Assembly: GCF_009914755.1 (NCBI RefSeq)
Contig: NC_060930.1
Strand: one strand, 5' to 3'
DNA: 64,000 nt
Source: the human T2T-CHM13v2.0 reference genome, Homo sapiens
Below are positions 43,294 through 61,744 of the stretch, piece after piece. Each line of letters begins with the position of its first letter. The stretch's first letter is position 1. The notes below the pieces were generated by a model. That model was not told the origin of the DNA and ran no database searches. It saw only the letters and a list, made by a program, of their open reading frames with translations. The position numbers and the translations under genes are program-made.

Positions 43294-44142
43294 GCAGATT
43301 CTTTATAGAGTCAAATATTCTATTGGTATTTATTAAACAGCTCCTGGATTTGTAGTCTTGATTAAGAAAATCTCTGCCACCCTTACAGTGAATTCATACT
43401 TGTTTAGATTTTCTTGTAGGATTTTAATCTCACTTTCATATTTAAGTATCTAATCTATTTTGGGTTTATTTTTATATGATGTAAGATAGTGACCTGGGTT
43501 TATATTCTTTCACATCCACATATGGCAGATGCCTGGAATGTTTATTTTAGACAGGGGATGATTTTCCCCTTATCCTAGTCCCTGCACAGATGGCCACCTT
43601 TCTTCTGTTTCCTGGGCCAGTGTGAAGACATTTCTAGTCCACCTTTCATAAACAAGGCTCAGGGATTCATGCCAGGGCTTGGTACATTTTCTTTGCCTTC
43701 TGCAGTCTGGAGGTCACATCTGTCCATGTGAGCTTATACGCCAGGTCCTAGGGCCTTTATCAGGGCCCAACCATAGTGAGCCACGAGGCACCAGGGATGC
43801 GTCTACTTCTCACTGCTCTGGGTTTGATTTCTATCTTTCTTCTGGCTCCTGGTTACCTCCCATTCTTTGTTCAGCTGGATTATGAATACTGCAGTGAAAA
43901 TATTGCCATTATATCCAACTCCTCTATGGTTTGCAGTAGGAGGGAAGACCTGTCTGCATTACTTTAGTCTGTGGTATTTCCGGAAGAGTTCCCTAATATT
44001 GGATATATATTTTGAACATTGGAAAGCAAGTGTAGAGCACCTCTGGGTCCTATGTGAAATGAGTCCCTCTGTACCCGTCACCCCCATGGGGCTCTGCAGT
44101 TGCCACCTTCAGGTGCCGTTCTGTACTGCCAATTCCCATTAA

Positions 44143-44514
<372 letters not shown>

Positions 44515-45969
44515 AGCAGTTGCTTTTTAAACTGGAACGAAAGCAGTTGGCTTGAGTTTTTAAGTATTGTTGGTAAGTCTATGAGGCATGGCTTTTGAGT
44601 GAACTTTGTGCATGAAAGAAATTAGATTGAGAAACCTGAGGATAGAGTCCCATGAAAATGTATATAGTCCAGGCAAAGGATCTTACATCATATTGTATTT
44701 GCTGGGACAATAAAAAAACACCAAGCATTTTCTTCCGTAGGTCAGAACACTAGAAGTACCCTATGCTGTTTTTGTTGTAGTTTCCTTCTTTTTTTTTTTT
44801 TTTGTTTGTCTGTTTGTTGACTTATTTTGTCTGCATTTGTGAGGAGAGTGATTGCCATGCGGAAATTTACTTAGTAACAGATAAGAATCAAAGAATAGCT
44901 TCGCATTTTCTCTTTCTTCCCCCACCCACCACCTCCTCTTTTCACAGATATTGATAGCTTCACATGTTGTAAGGAAAGAGTTCAATTTTTTATAAAAGAA
45001 TAACATTTCCTGTGCCAGAAGGTAGGCCAAGGAGAGCCTAGGTAATATGTAAATTGGGTAAAAAGTAAGGTGTGGCTCTAAAGTTATGCTACTTTGGAGG
45101 ACCTCTTATGGAAATAAATTTATTTTCTTAGTCATATGAATTTCATGCTGTTAGTGGTCTTTAGAGAAGTACCTGTTTCTAAAGGTAGTTTAGACACATC
45201 TGGAAATCTTTCAAATATTAAAAAATATGATTTTAAAAAGTCTGTTTGCTTTCTTTTTTCTCTTTATTGGTTTTAAAAGTTGTTGTCTCCATATAGGAGT
45301 TTCATTTTTGGCAATGGAGGACTAGGTAATTCGGACCAGATCTCTTGTTCATGATAACTAGTAAAAGCTAGATGCAATAGATAATTAAGTTTTAAAATCA
45401 AGAAGAGCAAAAGGGTCATAAGGATTTATTGGCCAAGATCTGGGAGAAGACACAAATCAGGAGAGTGAGCCTCATATTTAAGGCTCCTTTTGTCCTGGGG
45501 AACATTTGCAGATCTTCAAAGGGCAACTGAAAGACAGAGTTGCAGTTTAAAAAACCCCTTGAGCCAGAGAGAAAGAGCTGTGGTCTGGAGCCTGCCAGGG
45601 GCAGAAGTCTTGGGAGGTACCCTACACCTTGGGAGTAGAGCCCTGAAGAGCTGGCCCAAGAAGGAAGGGTGAAGATAACTAAATGAGTCTTTATAAGGCT
45701 CATAGCCTCTCTTCAGGTGATTCTGCAGGCCTAGAAAATCTCAAACTCTAAAATTAGAATAGGGCGAATCCAGATTGCTAATAGTGCCCCCTGGGATTAC
45801 GGAATAAGCAACAAGAATCCTCTCTGGAGCAAGATATATCATTCTAGTCCTCAAATTATTTCTGCAAATAATTTTTCAAAACCAAATGTCTAGCACACAA
45901 TTTAAAAAATAGCACAGCCCTACTTCTTTAACATAATAAAATGTGTGTGTATGTGTGTGTGTGCGCATA

Positions 45970-47650
45970 ACAATCCAAAAGCCAGCCTCATACTTAATCT
46001 TCAAATGTCAAACACTTTAGGGAAGATTCTCCTAAAGTCAGGAACAAGACAAGGATGTCCACTATCTCTACAATTGTTGAACATTGCACTGACATGTTAG
46101 CTAATGCAATTAAACAGGAGAAAACAATTTGAAGCATAGAATTGGAAAGGAAGAGACAAACTGTCTTTGTTCACAGAATTTAACTGTATAGTTGGAAAAC
46201 CCAAAAGAATCAATGGAAAAGTACTAAAACCGTAAGATAATAAAGTAGCAGCATATAAAATAAGCATACAGAAATCAATAGCTTTCATATATATAAACTA
46301 AGCAGTTTGATGAGAACACCCTATGTATAATAACAAAAATTTAAATATCTTGACATAAACTTAATAAGATAGGCAAAACAATAGGAAAACTGTAATACAT
46401 TCTTGAAGGACTTAAAAATTTTGAACAAATTGAAAAACATACTATATTTTTGAAGGAAAAATTCAACGTGATAAAGATGATACTTCTTCCTAAAATAGTT
46501 ATAAATTTAGTGCAACCTTAATAAAAATCTCCTCAGATACTTTTTTCCTGGAACTAGACAAGTTGATTAAAAAGTTTATATGAAAGAATAAACAAGTGAG
46601 AATAACCAAGAAATACTTGGAAAGAACACTAATGTAGTGCATGGCTAATCTGGCTAATCCTATTAGAATGTACTAAAACATTTTAAATCCTCTAAATTAA
46701 AGCAGTGGGATACTGGCTCAGGAAAAGACTTATAGACCAGTGGATCAGAATAGAATATACAGAAATACATGTAAGGATAATTTAGCATATGACAAAGCAA
46801 GCATTGAAGTCAGAGGGAAACATTAACTTTAAACAATGTTTGGGCAGCTGGATAGCTATAAAGAAAAAGATAAAGTTGTAACTTTTTCTTAAAATATACT
46901 CCAGGATAATTTACAAATGTGTTAGAGATCTAAGTGAAAAACAACAACAACAGAATCCATATAAGAACTAGAAGAAAACATGTATTTTATTTTTATAATC
47001 CAAGAGTGGAGATTTCTAACTATGACTAAAATAAATCTAGAGATAAGAGAAGAGATTGATAAATTTGACAACACTGAAAAGAAAACAACATAAGGAAAGT
47101 CATAAGATAATTACAAATTGGGAAAAATTTGGCAACCTTTATCACCAAATATTAACATGCTTTAATATAGTAAGGATTTCCTAAAAATTGAGACGAAAGG
47201 ACTCCCTTCTACACACACACAAAGGGCAAAAGTATGAATAGAGAGTTCACAGAAGAACATGCTAATCACCCTCATGCACAGTAAACAATATGCATGTCAA
47301 AACTACTGAGATACTGTCTCATCTGTCAAATTGACAAAATTCCCTGTTTGACAATGTAAAATTTTTGGTGAAGCTGTGGTAAAACAGGCCTTTCATACAC
47401 TGCAGGCGAGGACATAAAATGGTACAAATTTTGTGATGGGAAATTGGCAAATCAGTATATGCAAATTACATATGCACGTGCCTTTTGATCCACCAATCAC
47501 GCTTCCAGGATTCGATCTCAACTATCCAATGGCGATATACGCAGACATGTGCCACTATACTCTATGGCCTTATCTGTTATAGCAAAAGGCTGCAAAACAA
47601 CCCAAAGGTTTTTCAGCAGAGAATGGGTTGAATAAAAACTACAGTATATC
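45970..47650 (+). mobile_element. old L1M (L1MC/ME-like) ORF2 and 3' fragment
   Basis: tcaggaacaagacaaggatg, aaatcaatagctttc and other ORF2 signatures. Confidence 0.78.
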
Positions 47651-48229
47651 TAGAAAGTGAAACAAGGAGACACTTTCCATTTTCAGATATGATGGAGTGG
47701 TTAGTAGAAAACTGATGCTTCCAGTGAGAACAACAGAAAAAGAGAGATCCAATTGAAAGGGATCTGTTTGAAGTCTTCAGAGAGTCACAGAGACACCCCA
47801 CAGATGAAGGGTCAAAATACTAGAGAGAAGGGAATCCCACTGAAGTGAGCCCAACATTCTGAATGTTGATTTTCTCCCTTGGCATTTGCTAATTCTTGGC
47901 ATGAAGAAAGAGGTTGAGAGGCTTGGTAGAGACTTGGAAGGGGAGGAAAAGCAGCAGAGTTCTCACGGTCTTACAGGTCTGAGGTGATAAAACTTGGAGT
48001 GTGGAGTTTCCAAGTCGGCTGGGTTCAAGAAGTCTTGGTTCCAGAGAGAAGGGAGGTGCAGAGGAGTGAGCCTGACATCTGACGGTTTCTCTCGGAAGTG
48101 CGTAGTGTTAGTTATGTAGAGTGACAGTCAAGCCGGGAAAAGCAACTGGAAAGCAAGGTGGGATTTTAGCAGTCTTGTGTTGTAACGGAGATAAAAACTA
48201 GAGTTTGGGAACTGACAAGGAAGTAGCGT

Positions 48230-48336
48230 TTTATTTTATTTTTTTGAGACTGAGTCTCGCACTGTCGCCCGGGCTGGAGTGCAGTGGTGCGATCTCGGCT
48301 CACTGCAACCTCCGCCTCCCAGCTTCACGCGATTCA
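48230..48336 (-). mobile_element. 5'-truncated Alu (3' end only)
   Basis: About 100 bp of right arm; TSD aaggaagtagcRttt on both sides. Confidence 0.88.
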
Positions 48337-48729
48337 AGGAAGTAGCATTTAGCAAATGCGCCAGGCTTTCAGGTGAGACCATTGGAAAGGGAGTGCATGA
48401 GGGCTGATCAAGCCTTACTGCAACGCAGACTTCGTCTTCTTAGTCCCTGACTGGATTGAGATAAACTGACCTTACTCCAGCAGCCTGTCAGACCACGGGG
48501 TAACCCTTCTCCAGAGGAAAGTAACTCCATCCAGAGCCTCTAGACCCTGTGATCAGCATTCAATTCAAAATTAGTAGGATTCAAGAAAGAGGATCAAGAG
48601 AAAAAACATACTCACATGTGTCCTAGATTGTTGTAGCTATCAGATGCAGACTTTAATTGTAATTATCGTGATCAAGAAAATAAATTACAAAATGAAGAAT
48701 TTTACTAGAAAACTGGAATGTATATTTTT

Positions 48730-49613
<884 letters not shown>

Positions 49614-49629
49614 CTGGAATCTATATTTT

Positions 49630-52600
49630 TTAAAAAGCAAGTAGAAATACTGGCATTGAAGAAAAAAATACAGTAAGAAAAAGGAGAACTCCACAGATGT
49701 GGTTTAACAGCAGTTTGGTCACAGCCAAAGAAAGGACTGGTGAGCTGGAGATAGGTCAGTAGAAAATATCTTGACTGAAGTACAGAAAGAAAAAAGGATG
49801 GAAAACAAAAAAGTGTATAGGAGACATATGAGACATGGTCTATCATATGAAACTTTCTAACCTGTGTAATTGGAGTTCAAGGAGGGAGGAAGAAAAGAAT
49901 GTGGCAGAAGCAATATTAGTAGAGATAATAAACAAGAATTTTCCAAAAGGGGTAAAAAATATTGAGTCATAGAATCAAAAATTACTAAGAACCTAAAGCA
50001 AAATAAAGGCAACAAAAATAACGCCTTGGCATACTACAATCAAATTAATAAAAATTAAAGACAAGAAAATCATAAAAGCAAGTAGAGAAAAAGGATACAT
50101 TACTTCAAGGAAGCAATGATAAGATTAATAGCTAACTTCTCAATGGAAGTGATGAAAACTAAATGATGGAATGACACCTTTAAAAGGCTGAAGAGAGACA
50201 ACAGCAAGCCTAGAATTCTATATTTGGTGAAAATATCCTTCCAAAATAAAAGCAAAAGAAAGATATTTCCAGAAAAACAAAAACTAATACTAATATGAGT
50301 GTATGTCACCAATAAACTTCTAATAGAAGAAATGTTAAATGGAGTTATTTGTGTTTTGCATCACAATTGTTGTAGGGCTTATACAAATTTATACATGCAT
50401 TAAAATTCATAGAACTGTATGCCAAAAAGTCAGTACTTCTTTTTTTAAAGAGGTGCTTTAGGCACAAGGAATGTGGTCCCAGATGGAAATCCAGAGATGT
50501 AGGAAGGAATAAAGAGCAACAGAAAAAGCAAATATATCAGTAAATATAAGTGACTATTGACTATCCAACAATAATAATATCTTTTGTGGTTTAAAATTAA
50601 TGTTGAATTGAAATATACGACATCCATAAAACGAAAGACAGCATGGGGCAAATAGAGAAAACTGTGCTGAGGAAAGAACATTATCCAACAATAACGTTGG
50701 ATATTGTGGTTTAAAATTAATGTTGAATTGAAATATATGACAGCCATAAAACAAAAGACAGCATGAGGCAAATAGAGAAAAGTAACCTAAGGAATGAACA
50801 TATTCTAGGGAAGTGTAAGTACTAATTTGTATTTAACAGTAGTAAGTCAAGGATTCATATTATAATCTCTAACATAAACACTAAAATATAGTAAAATACT
50901 CTATAATTGAAAAGCTAATAGAGGGAGAGACTATTAATACTTAATTCAAAAGAAGGCAAGAAGGGAAGGAAAAACATAAAATGAGCTAAATATATAACAA
51001 ATAATAAGTATAAATGAGCCCAAATATATCAGTCATTACTTGATATTTTACTTGGGGTAGTTTATATATTTACATTACTGAGATAAATACATGAAATACC
51101 CCCATATAAATATATAAAATACCCCAAGTAAAATATCAAGATTGTCAAACTAGTTTGAAGAACAAAGCATAACTATATGCTACATTTTTGGATTTATTCC
51201 AAGAATAAAGCTTGATTAATACTTTAAAAACTAATCAGTTTAGCTCACTACATTAATGGAATGGGCAAGGAGGAAACATTTCTAAACTCTTTTTATGAAG
51301 CTAGCATAATGTGTCAAGGAAATTACAAAAAAGGGCATTCCTGAGTTAGTCTTTCTCATGGACATGGATGCAAAAATTCTAGACAAAATATTGGCAAATT
51401 GAACCCAGTGGTATATAAAAAGGATAATATGATACAGCTAACTTGGGTTTAAATAAGAATGCAAGGTTGGCTTAATATTTGAAAATCAATCAATGTAATT
51501 CCCCACATTAAGGAAAAAAGGGGAAAAAATCATATGATCATCTCAGATACAGAAGATATATTTGCTAAAAATTGACACCTATTTTTTATTTAGAAACTTT
51601 AAGCAAAAAAAGAAACTTTCAGCAAACCAGGAATAAAATAGATTTTTCAAAATCTGATAAAGTACTACAAAAATTATTCAGAAAACACTATACATAATGG
51701 TGAAATACTGAAAGTTTTACCTTGAATATGGAAACAACTAAAGAATGTCAACTCTTGCCATTTCTATTCTAGGTTGTACTGGAGTACTTTTCAAAAAGAA
51801 AAAAGTTGACAGTTAAATAAAAACTAATAAAATAGTTACTTATGGGGAGGGTAGAAGGGACATGAATGAGAGTGAACCTCTGTGAAAATAGCTTCTTATA
51901 AAACCCAATAAATATTTATTATAATTAAAATACAAAAATTAAGTTTTAAAGAAGTGAAAATAATCAATAAAAATGGTAAATGAATGGAAACAAATGAACC
52001 TGTCTATCAAATTGGTGCAAGAGTCATAAAGAGGAAAATATTCCAAGTGAATTTAGGATATGGTAATTTGACTGTACATCTCAGATAATATATTCTAATG
52101 ATGAGAATAACTACTAAAAAATCTCAAATGGCATTCAGTATCTAATTGTTAGTAGTAATATTGTCATTGTTGCTTGGAAACTGTTATATGAATGTTCAAA
52201 CTGTTACTTTGAGACTGTTATATGACAAATAAATAATTATATTACTCCTAAAAGGAATCAAGGTTTTCAGTGTACAAGAAATGAGATCAAAGGATAAAAT
52301 AAAAGAAAATAAGTAAAACTTTATTTTTTTATTTAAGTTAAAAATATAACTATGAATTTGTGGCTTTTCCCTTTTATTAAATAACAACACCACCATCTTA
52401 TTTCCTAGCCTTGTCAAATATAGGATCTAGATGCAATAATTACTCATAGCACTGGTCACTTCTAATATCCAGATTGTGGTCTCTCAGTACTGTTTCCAAC
52501 GTAAAGGAAATGAGTTTTTGGGAAACTGAATGATGCTAGGTCTGGGGCAGGAAAACACTAGTTGGATCTGGGGCACACTATTGCACCAGAAAGTGAGGAA

Positions 52601-54530
52601 GCAATCAAAGACTGGTGTGATTACATTAAAAGACCATAGGAATTAAGTAGAAGAAGCTCCCACTGGCCAAAAAATGGGAGAATTTGAGTTCACAAAGAGA
52701 ATAATGACTGCGATTGATAGAAATATATCAAATATCTAAAAATCAGTAAGTTCAGAACAGGACAAGGATGTCACTCTTTCCATTTCCACATTGTACCATA
52801 GAACATTCTGGCTAGGACAGCTAGGCAAAAAAAAAAAAAAAAAAAAAAAGAAGATTCACATTGGTAAGTAAGAAGTAAAATTATTTATATTCACAAATGA
52901 CATGATCTTGTATATTAAAAAGATCAAAGACTCTACCAAAAAACAATGAGAACTAACACACAAGTTCAACAGATCAATATAAAAAAATCAATTGTATTTC
53001 TATACAGTAGTAATAAATAGTCTGAAAATGAAATTAAGAAAACCATTCTCTTTACATGAGTGTCAAAATGAATAAAATACTTAGGAATAAATTTATTTTA
53101 TTCCTAAGGAATAAAAGGAAGTACAAAACTCAAAACTTGTACACTGAAAACTACAAAACAGTATTGAAAAACATTAAAGAAGATTTAAATAAATGGAAAG
53201 GCACTCCATATTAACAGATTGAAAGACTTAATATTGTTGGGATGGCAATATTCCAGTTCATCTACAGATTCAACACAATTTCTATCAAAATTCATATGGG
53301 CATGGAAGGAAACCAGAATGGTCCAAATAATCTTTAAAAAGAACAAAACTGGTTACTCATATTTCCTGATTTCAAAACTTATTACAAAGCTATAGAAATC
53401 AAGACTGTTTTTTACTGTCATAAGGATAGACATATTGACCAATGAAATATAATTGAGAATCCAAAAATAAATTCATATGCTTATGGTCAATTGATTTTTG
53501 ACAAAGCAGCCGAGACCATTTCATGGGAAAAGAATAGTCTTCAACAAATGCTGGAAGAACTGAATAACTGAATATCCACATGCAAAAAAATCAATTTGTA
53601 CCCTGAAATCCTACCATACACAATAAAGTGAATCATGTATCTACATATAAAAGCTAAAATCATTAAACTCAGAAGAAAACACAGTAGTAACTCTTTATGA
53701 TCTTGAATTAGGCAATGGTTTCTTAGTTATGGCAACAAAAGCACAAGGGATAAAAGAAAAGATTGATAAGTTGGACTTCATCAACATTAAAAAAATTTTG
53801 TGCTTCAAAGAATGCCATCAAGAAAGTGAAAAACAACACACAGAGAATATTCTCAAATCATGTATCTGAAAAGGGACTCATATCCAGACTATCTAAAGAA
53901 TTCTTACAATAATAAAAGACACATAAGCCAATTAAAAAATGGGCAAAGGATTTGAATAGATATTTTTCCAAAGGAGATAATGAATGAATAATGAGCACAT
54001 GAAAAGATGCTCAGCATCACTGGTCATTAGAGAACTACAGCTAAAAACCCCAAGGAAATACTACTGCACACCCGCTGGAATGGCTGTCATAAAAAAAGAC
54101 AGCCAGTAACAAGTGTTAGTGAGGATATGGAGAAAACTGGAACTTCATACATTGCCAGTGTGAATGTAAAAGGTGCAGTCCCTTTGGAAACGAGTTTGGC
54201 AGTTCCTCAAAATCTTAAACATAAAGTTACCATATAACCTAGCAATTCCACTCCTAGGAATCTACCCAAGAGAAATGAAAACATGTCCATACAAAAATTT
54301 GTACATGAATGTTCATAACAGCATTACTCACAATAGCCAAAAAGTGGATACAATCCAATGTCTATCAACTGATGAATAAACAAACTGTACCATATCCATG
54401 CAATAGGATATTACTCAGCAATAAAAGAACTGAATTACTTACATATGCTACAATATGGGTGAGTCCCATAAACATAAGTGTCACAAAAGTCCACATATTG
54501 TGATCATTTATATGAAATATCAGAAAAGGT
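49630..54530 (+). mobile_element. old L1M fragments (ORF1, ORF2, 3' UTR), probably more than one element
   Basis: ORF1-like tgtgtaattggagt and cctagaattctatat; ORF2-like aatgcaaggttgg, QSLWKRVWQFLKILNIKLPY and MFITALLTIAK. Confidence 0.8.
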
Positions 54531-56679
54531 AAATCTTTTTTATCTTTTTTTTTTGCTAGACTTTTAAAAGCAAAAATCTTGGTTTTACTCATCAATTCTA
54601 CTTTTTGTTTGTTTTTAAATCCCTTACTTTTGTTTTTATCTCTACTAGTATTTCTACTTTGTTTTGGTTAATTTTGTTTTTTCTTACTTTTGAGTGAAAA
54701 TGAATTAATTTGGTTTAGTTTCAAATTTCTAAATTTCCAGTTGCTTTTTGGAGGGTTCTGTCTTAATTTAAAATATGAATATGAAGACAGATACCTTCTT
54801 GAGAGACCTGAAAATGTTATTTCCAAATTCCAAATATGACACTGTATTATGTTGTTCTATTGAAAGAATCAATCTGAGATAATTCACATTAAAATATGAA
54901 GTTGGATCTGCAGGAGAGAAGATTGTAGTTAGTCTTGTAAATTTAAAAGTTGTCTTTCCATGAAAACATTAAGAAAAGCAGATGGCCATGTTTTGTTTCT
55001 ATTATCCCTGCTTGAGCCTAGGATTATCCAAATTCCAATTTCCCAAAACTGCTAATACAAAAAAGGTATGCGCCTTCAAGGAACGTCTTTCCTTTAAAAA
55101 CTTCATCCCACTCATCCAAAATCTTATTAAAGTCATTTGACAGCCTTCATTCTTTTTTGACCAATCAGTTCCCCAAGCTCAACCAACTTTGTTCAGAAAC
55201 CTTTTACATTTCTTATTATGTGGGAAAATGATTCATTTTAATTGAAGAGAGCTTGTTCGGAATTTTCAAAATGAAATTTGAGCTCAGACAAAGAAAGCCT
55301 CAGACAGAAAGGGTAATTTTTCATCAACTACTGAAACCAGGGGACATAAAACGAATGTCTGTCTGTGCCCTTAGCATTCATGGTTTCTGCCATGGAACTG
55401 AATGCCCATTCTTCATTGTTGATCTGTGACTCAGCCCTTGTGCATGAATACTTGGATAGAACAGAGACACACAGCAGGGCAATTCTTCCCTAGTTTAAAT
55501 TGTTTATGGTGCCTTTTGTACCTATAATTCACAATTTAAACATTCCTCTTAAGTGCATTTGTTTATATGCTACTCAGGCTTAACAATGGGCTTTTGAGAA
55601 GCTCTTATGTACTATTACACTACGAAATGTCTCCTTACCATAGAAAAGAAGGTGGTGGGGGAGTGGGGATGGGAATATGACCTTCTGCCCTGAGGACTTG
55701 TGCAAAGAACGCAGACTGACTGTGGGAATCTGGGGAAAGAAATGATTCCTCCAACAACTGAAGGAGGAGTGTGAAACAGGTGCTCCAATATTGAGGCTGT
55801 ACAGGAGGAAAGAGCCTGGGCTCAGGAATGATACAGAGCACGAGGTGCTTCATGAATGTCGTGGAAGAGTTAGGCCGGTGAAGCACAGGTAAATGTGTGC
55901 CAGGCAGGAGAAACAGCAGGAACGATTTAGGAAGGTATGGCAGGTCTTGTGCGTGTAGAGGGGTTTCATGCAAGACTGAAGCAGGTGTGGAGAGGACGAG
56001 ATGCAGGAGATGAGGTCCACTCAAGGAGGGTCTTGTAGGCCACACCAAGAGAGGGCATTGGGGTGCCCTTAGGGGGTGGCAGGATCATATCAGAATCGGG
56101 GGATTGTCTCCCTGAAGCAGGGTGGAGATCAGATGGGAAAGGGCAGGGTGTGTGGAATCAGGGAGGTCAGTTAGGAGGCCTTTGCAGTTGCCCAGCTTGC
56201 AATGATGGCACCTGGCAGTAAGGAAACAGCCATGGGAATAGTGAAAGTGAGCAGATCCTGTGATGTTAGAGGCTCACTTCTATTACTCTTGGCCGTTGGT
56301 TGGATATGGGGCCTGAAGGAATGGAATGATTTTCATTTCTGCCTTCACAAGCTGGGTGGATGGTAGTGCCTTTTGCTAGGCCAGACCACACAAGCAGAGG
56401 TTGTCTGCAAAATGCAGGCAGAGTGGTTATGCATGCTGGAAGGTATGGGAAAAGTGGACAAGGCTGGAGACAGATATATAAAACAAGACAAGCTGACCGA
56501 AAGCATGCTCAGCAGTCTTTGGCTCTCACAGAGTATGGAGACCATAACTGGCATGGCCTGCGTGGCTGTAGGATTTTTTTCCAGGCTCATGAGAGAGGTG
56601 GGTGCTGACTGATGCCCTGGCTTGGGCAGATGTCCCTCAGATCAGAGCAGGACATACTTAGATGCCAAAGTGTCCTATC

Positions 56680-57882
<1,203 letters not shown>

Positions 57883-58474
57883 TTAAAAGTGTCTTATGAA
57901 TGCCTCTGAGTGGATAGTCTGCTTCCCTCTCACCTTGTTTGCCTTCACTGTGGTCCTGAGGCTGGCTCAGCCTGATGTCTGCTCTCCTGTCATCTGTTGA
58001 CCGACTTTACCCGTGACCTGGGAATTCACACCTGCCTCCTGCAGAGGACAGGATGTTTTCTGTGGCCACTGCAGCACTGACTCAAATAGGGAGAGCATCT
58101 GGGTTTGCTCTCCCCACTTGTAGTTGGTGAATGACATGGAGGACTGATTCCTCTTGTTCCCTGCAGAAATCTATCTTGTGCTATTTAGCAAAAGCCACCT
58201 GCCAATGTATTTACACACCACCACATTTTATTAAGGGCTGAGAAAGGCTCAATGATGCATTCAGCCTTTTATAAATATTTCTTAAGATGAGCAAATCGGT
58301 ACAAGAGGAACATAGGAGGGAAACATCAGGCCAGAGCTGCGATGGGTCCCTCCAATGCACAGCGTAAGGTCTTGTGCAAGTAGGAGAAGTGAGCCTTGCC
58401 TTTGACCCTGAGTGTCCTAGGGATCATAGCAATGAGAAAATCACACATGGAAATTAAATCTACCATGCTCATAA

Positions 58475-59070
58475 GACTCATTCAATAAATGCTTGTTAGC
58501 AGATATCCTATTCCAGGCACTTTTTGTCTGTGAGAACACAGCAGTGGATAAGACAGGCAAGTTTTCTTCTCTCGTGAGATCACATTTTAGGTGGAAGAAG
58601 GAAGAGAGAAAAAGGCAAGCGATGAGCATTCTGAGAGACTCTGGAGACCACTGTGTGCTGCGAGGTGGCTGGGGGGTACTTTGGACTGGGAAGTGTAGGT
58701 GGCTGGGCTTTGCGTGACGATAAGGGGGCTCCTGAGTGGCCGGGAGGGGAGCCGCAGGGCAGCAGGGTAGCTGGTGCAAAGGTCTTGAGGGGAATGCCTT
58801 TGGCTTATCTGAGAGACCAAGAAGATGCCCCCGTGGCTGGAATGTGGGAGGCGAGGTTGAGCTGAGGTCAGATGTCAGCGAGGCAAAGGGCAAAGAGGAG
58901 GACTGGCTGGCATTGAGCAGGTGAGGCGTGGGATGTGGTTCGTGTTTGTAAAGGCTCTCCTGGCTGCTGTGTGGGACTTGCATTGTATCCGGCAAGTGGG
59001 GAAACAAGGAGTCCAGGTGAAAGGCCTTGGCTACTGTCGAGGACAGAGACGCCAGCAGTTTGGAGCAGGC
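58475..59070 (-). mobile_element. L2 fragment
   Basis: cattcaataaatgcttgttag...ccaggcac (L2 3' end) and purine-rich L2 body. Confidence 0.6.
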
Positions 59071-59493
59071 TGGTGGACTAGGTAAGCTCCCTTAGGGAGA
59101 ACAGAAGGGGCCACAGAAGCAAGCCTTGGGCCCTGCAGCAACCAACACAGCCATTCAGGAGAGCTTGGCTTTAATTTCTCAAGGGGATCCTTAGAAAGAG
59201 ACACTGGTGTGTAGCTGAATACTTAAAAGCATCACTCCCTCCTCCCTTCTTCCTGCTGCACCTTCCTCGGCTTCTCCCATGCTCGTGGGGTGCAGACCTG
59301 ACATATCTTTTGTGGCGTGGCAACCAAGGAGTCCTCAGCCGTCACCACGACTGATGCAAAACCCAAGGAGGGTCAAAACAGGAAATGACATCAAATTCAT
59401 TAGAAGGAGGTAGGATGGGATCATTCTGTTGAAGAGGAGACACAGAGCACTAGTGACTAAATATAAACCTAGTGTGAAGGCCAGGATTTGTCA

Positions 59494-59935
<442 letters not shown>

Positions 59936-60158
59936 TCAGTTAGCAAATTACAGTTGGAGCCCAGCCCATCCTGACTTGTACACATAATTCTCTCTATCCC
60001 ATCATTTGTTCTCTCCCTTCACTGTACATCAAGTAACTGACATATGTGATCAGATCTATTGTATAACACTATTATTATTTTTTTAACTAAATGGCTAGTG
60101 ATATAGACAATAAAAGAAAATGAGGTAGAGAAAAACCTTCTTATGAAAGAACCCCTTA

Positions 60159-60486
<328 letters not shown>

Positions 60487-61744
60487 TTATTTTTGTTTCC
60501 CATTTAGTTTTTTACTTTCATTGTTTGACAAACAATAGCAATGACAACAACAGACTCCTCTGCATACTTATTTGATTAGAGAATTCCAATATGTTTCAAT
60601 TATCATTGTGAAATCAAGGAGACTCTTATGACTTTTTGTACACAGCTGTTACATGTACGGCAATCAGTTTTTAAGGTGGGATAAATTTCTCTAAAATAAA
60701 TGATCCTAGATAGCTTTCCTTCAAGTCAAGTGTCTTGCTGTTTAAATCCATTTCTTGTTTAAAGTAATAATATAAAAAAGTTCATCACTTTATCAACAGA
60801 ACAGTGAAGCTATTTCTTATAACAGGAGCAGGGCTGTCATATCATGTCAGAGAGTAAGAGGAATTCTATGAGATTTAAGAGGCCAAGACAGTGTGGTCCA
60901 GGTGCAAACTCATGGGTGGATTGGCTTGATCAGGATAAAGCTTAGCATAGCTAGAGGGATGGATGAGTTGTAAATCTTTGCAGAAACCTCTGTGAACGTT
61001 CATCACACTTCTTCAATGCAGTCACCTTGACCTGCCATCCACCTGGATGCTTTAGGTAGTAATCTTCCTGGAATCTGGGGGATTAACCATGTGGCTTCCC
61101 AAAGATGCCTGCAGCTACCTGACCCTGGGAGGTTTGAAGACAGTGCTCACTCAGGCCCTGCCGACAGGAAGGCTTTCCTGGCCAAATGGCCAGAGACTTT
61201 GGGAGCTTTCAAAAGAAACTCTTAGTTGCCCCAACTCTGCTCTCCTCCAGGAAAAAATTACTGTAGAAGCCAAAGATAGGCAGTTTTTGCCTTTCCTTTT
61301 CCACGTGTTTGGTATGTAATAAGTCATTCTCCTGTGAGGTTTAATTACTTTGCATCCTATAGCAAGGCTAGGCCATATAGGATATTATCATATTTCCCCC
61401 CTTGATTTCCTGAAAGCTCAGTATTATACCAAAGATGTGTTTGGAAGATTACCGAGTAGTTATTTTATCTGTGCTTATTTTAACTCAATATCTACTTAAT
61501 ATATCTCACGGCTTTTGCAAAAGTGAAATGCGTGAGTAGCTTAAGCTCGCCCACGTTTCCAACCCTGCTTGATCAACTGTACTTGATTCTGCTTGGTCAC
61601 CCAACAATTAACACACACTTAATGCTCGATCTATGAAAACGTTGACTTAACATTATTTTAGTCAGTCAGCAGATCCCAAGAGGAAATTCTTAAATTTGGA
61701 AAATTTTTGTGTGCTTCTTTTGTTTTCAATTTCAGAATGGTGGC

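Noticed and set aside
58441-59007. 188-aa minus-strand ORF
   Set aside because: Lies in an L2-like remnant, has Pro/Ser/Leu-biased composition and no recognisable domain
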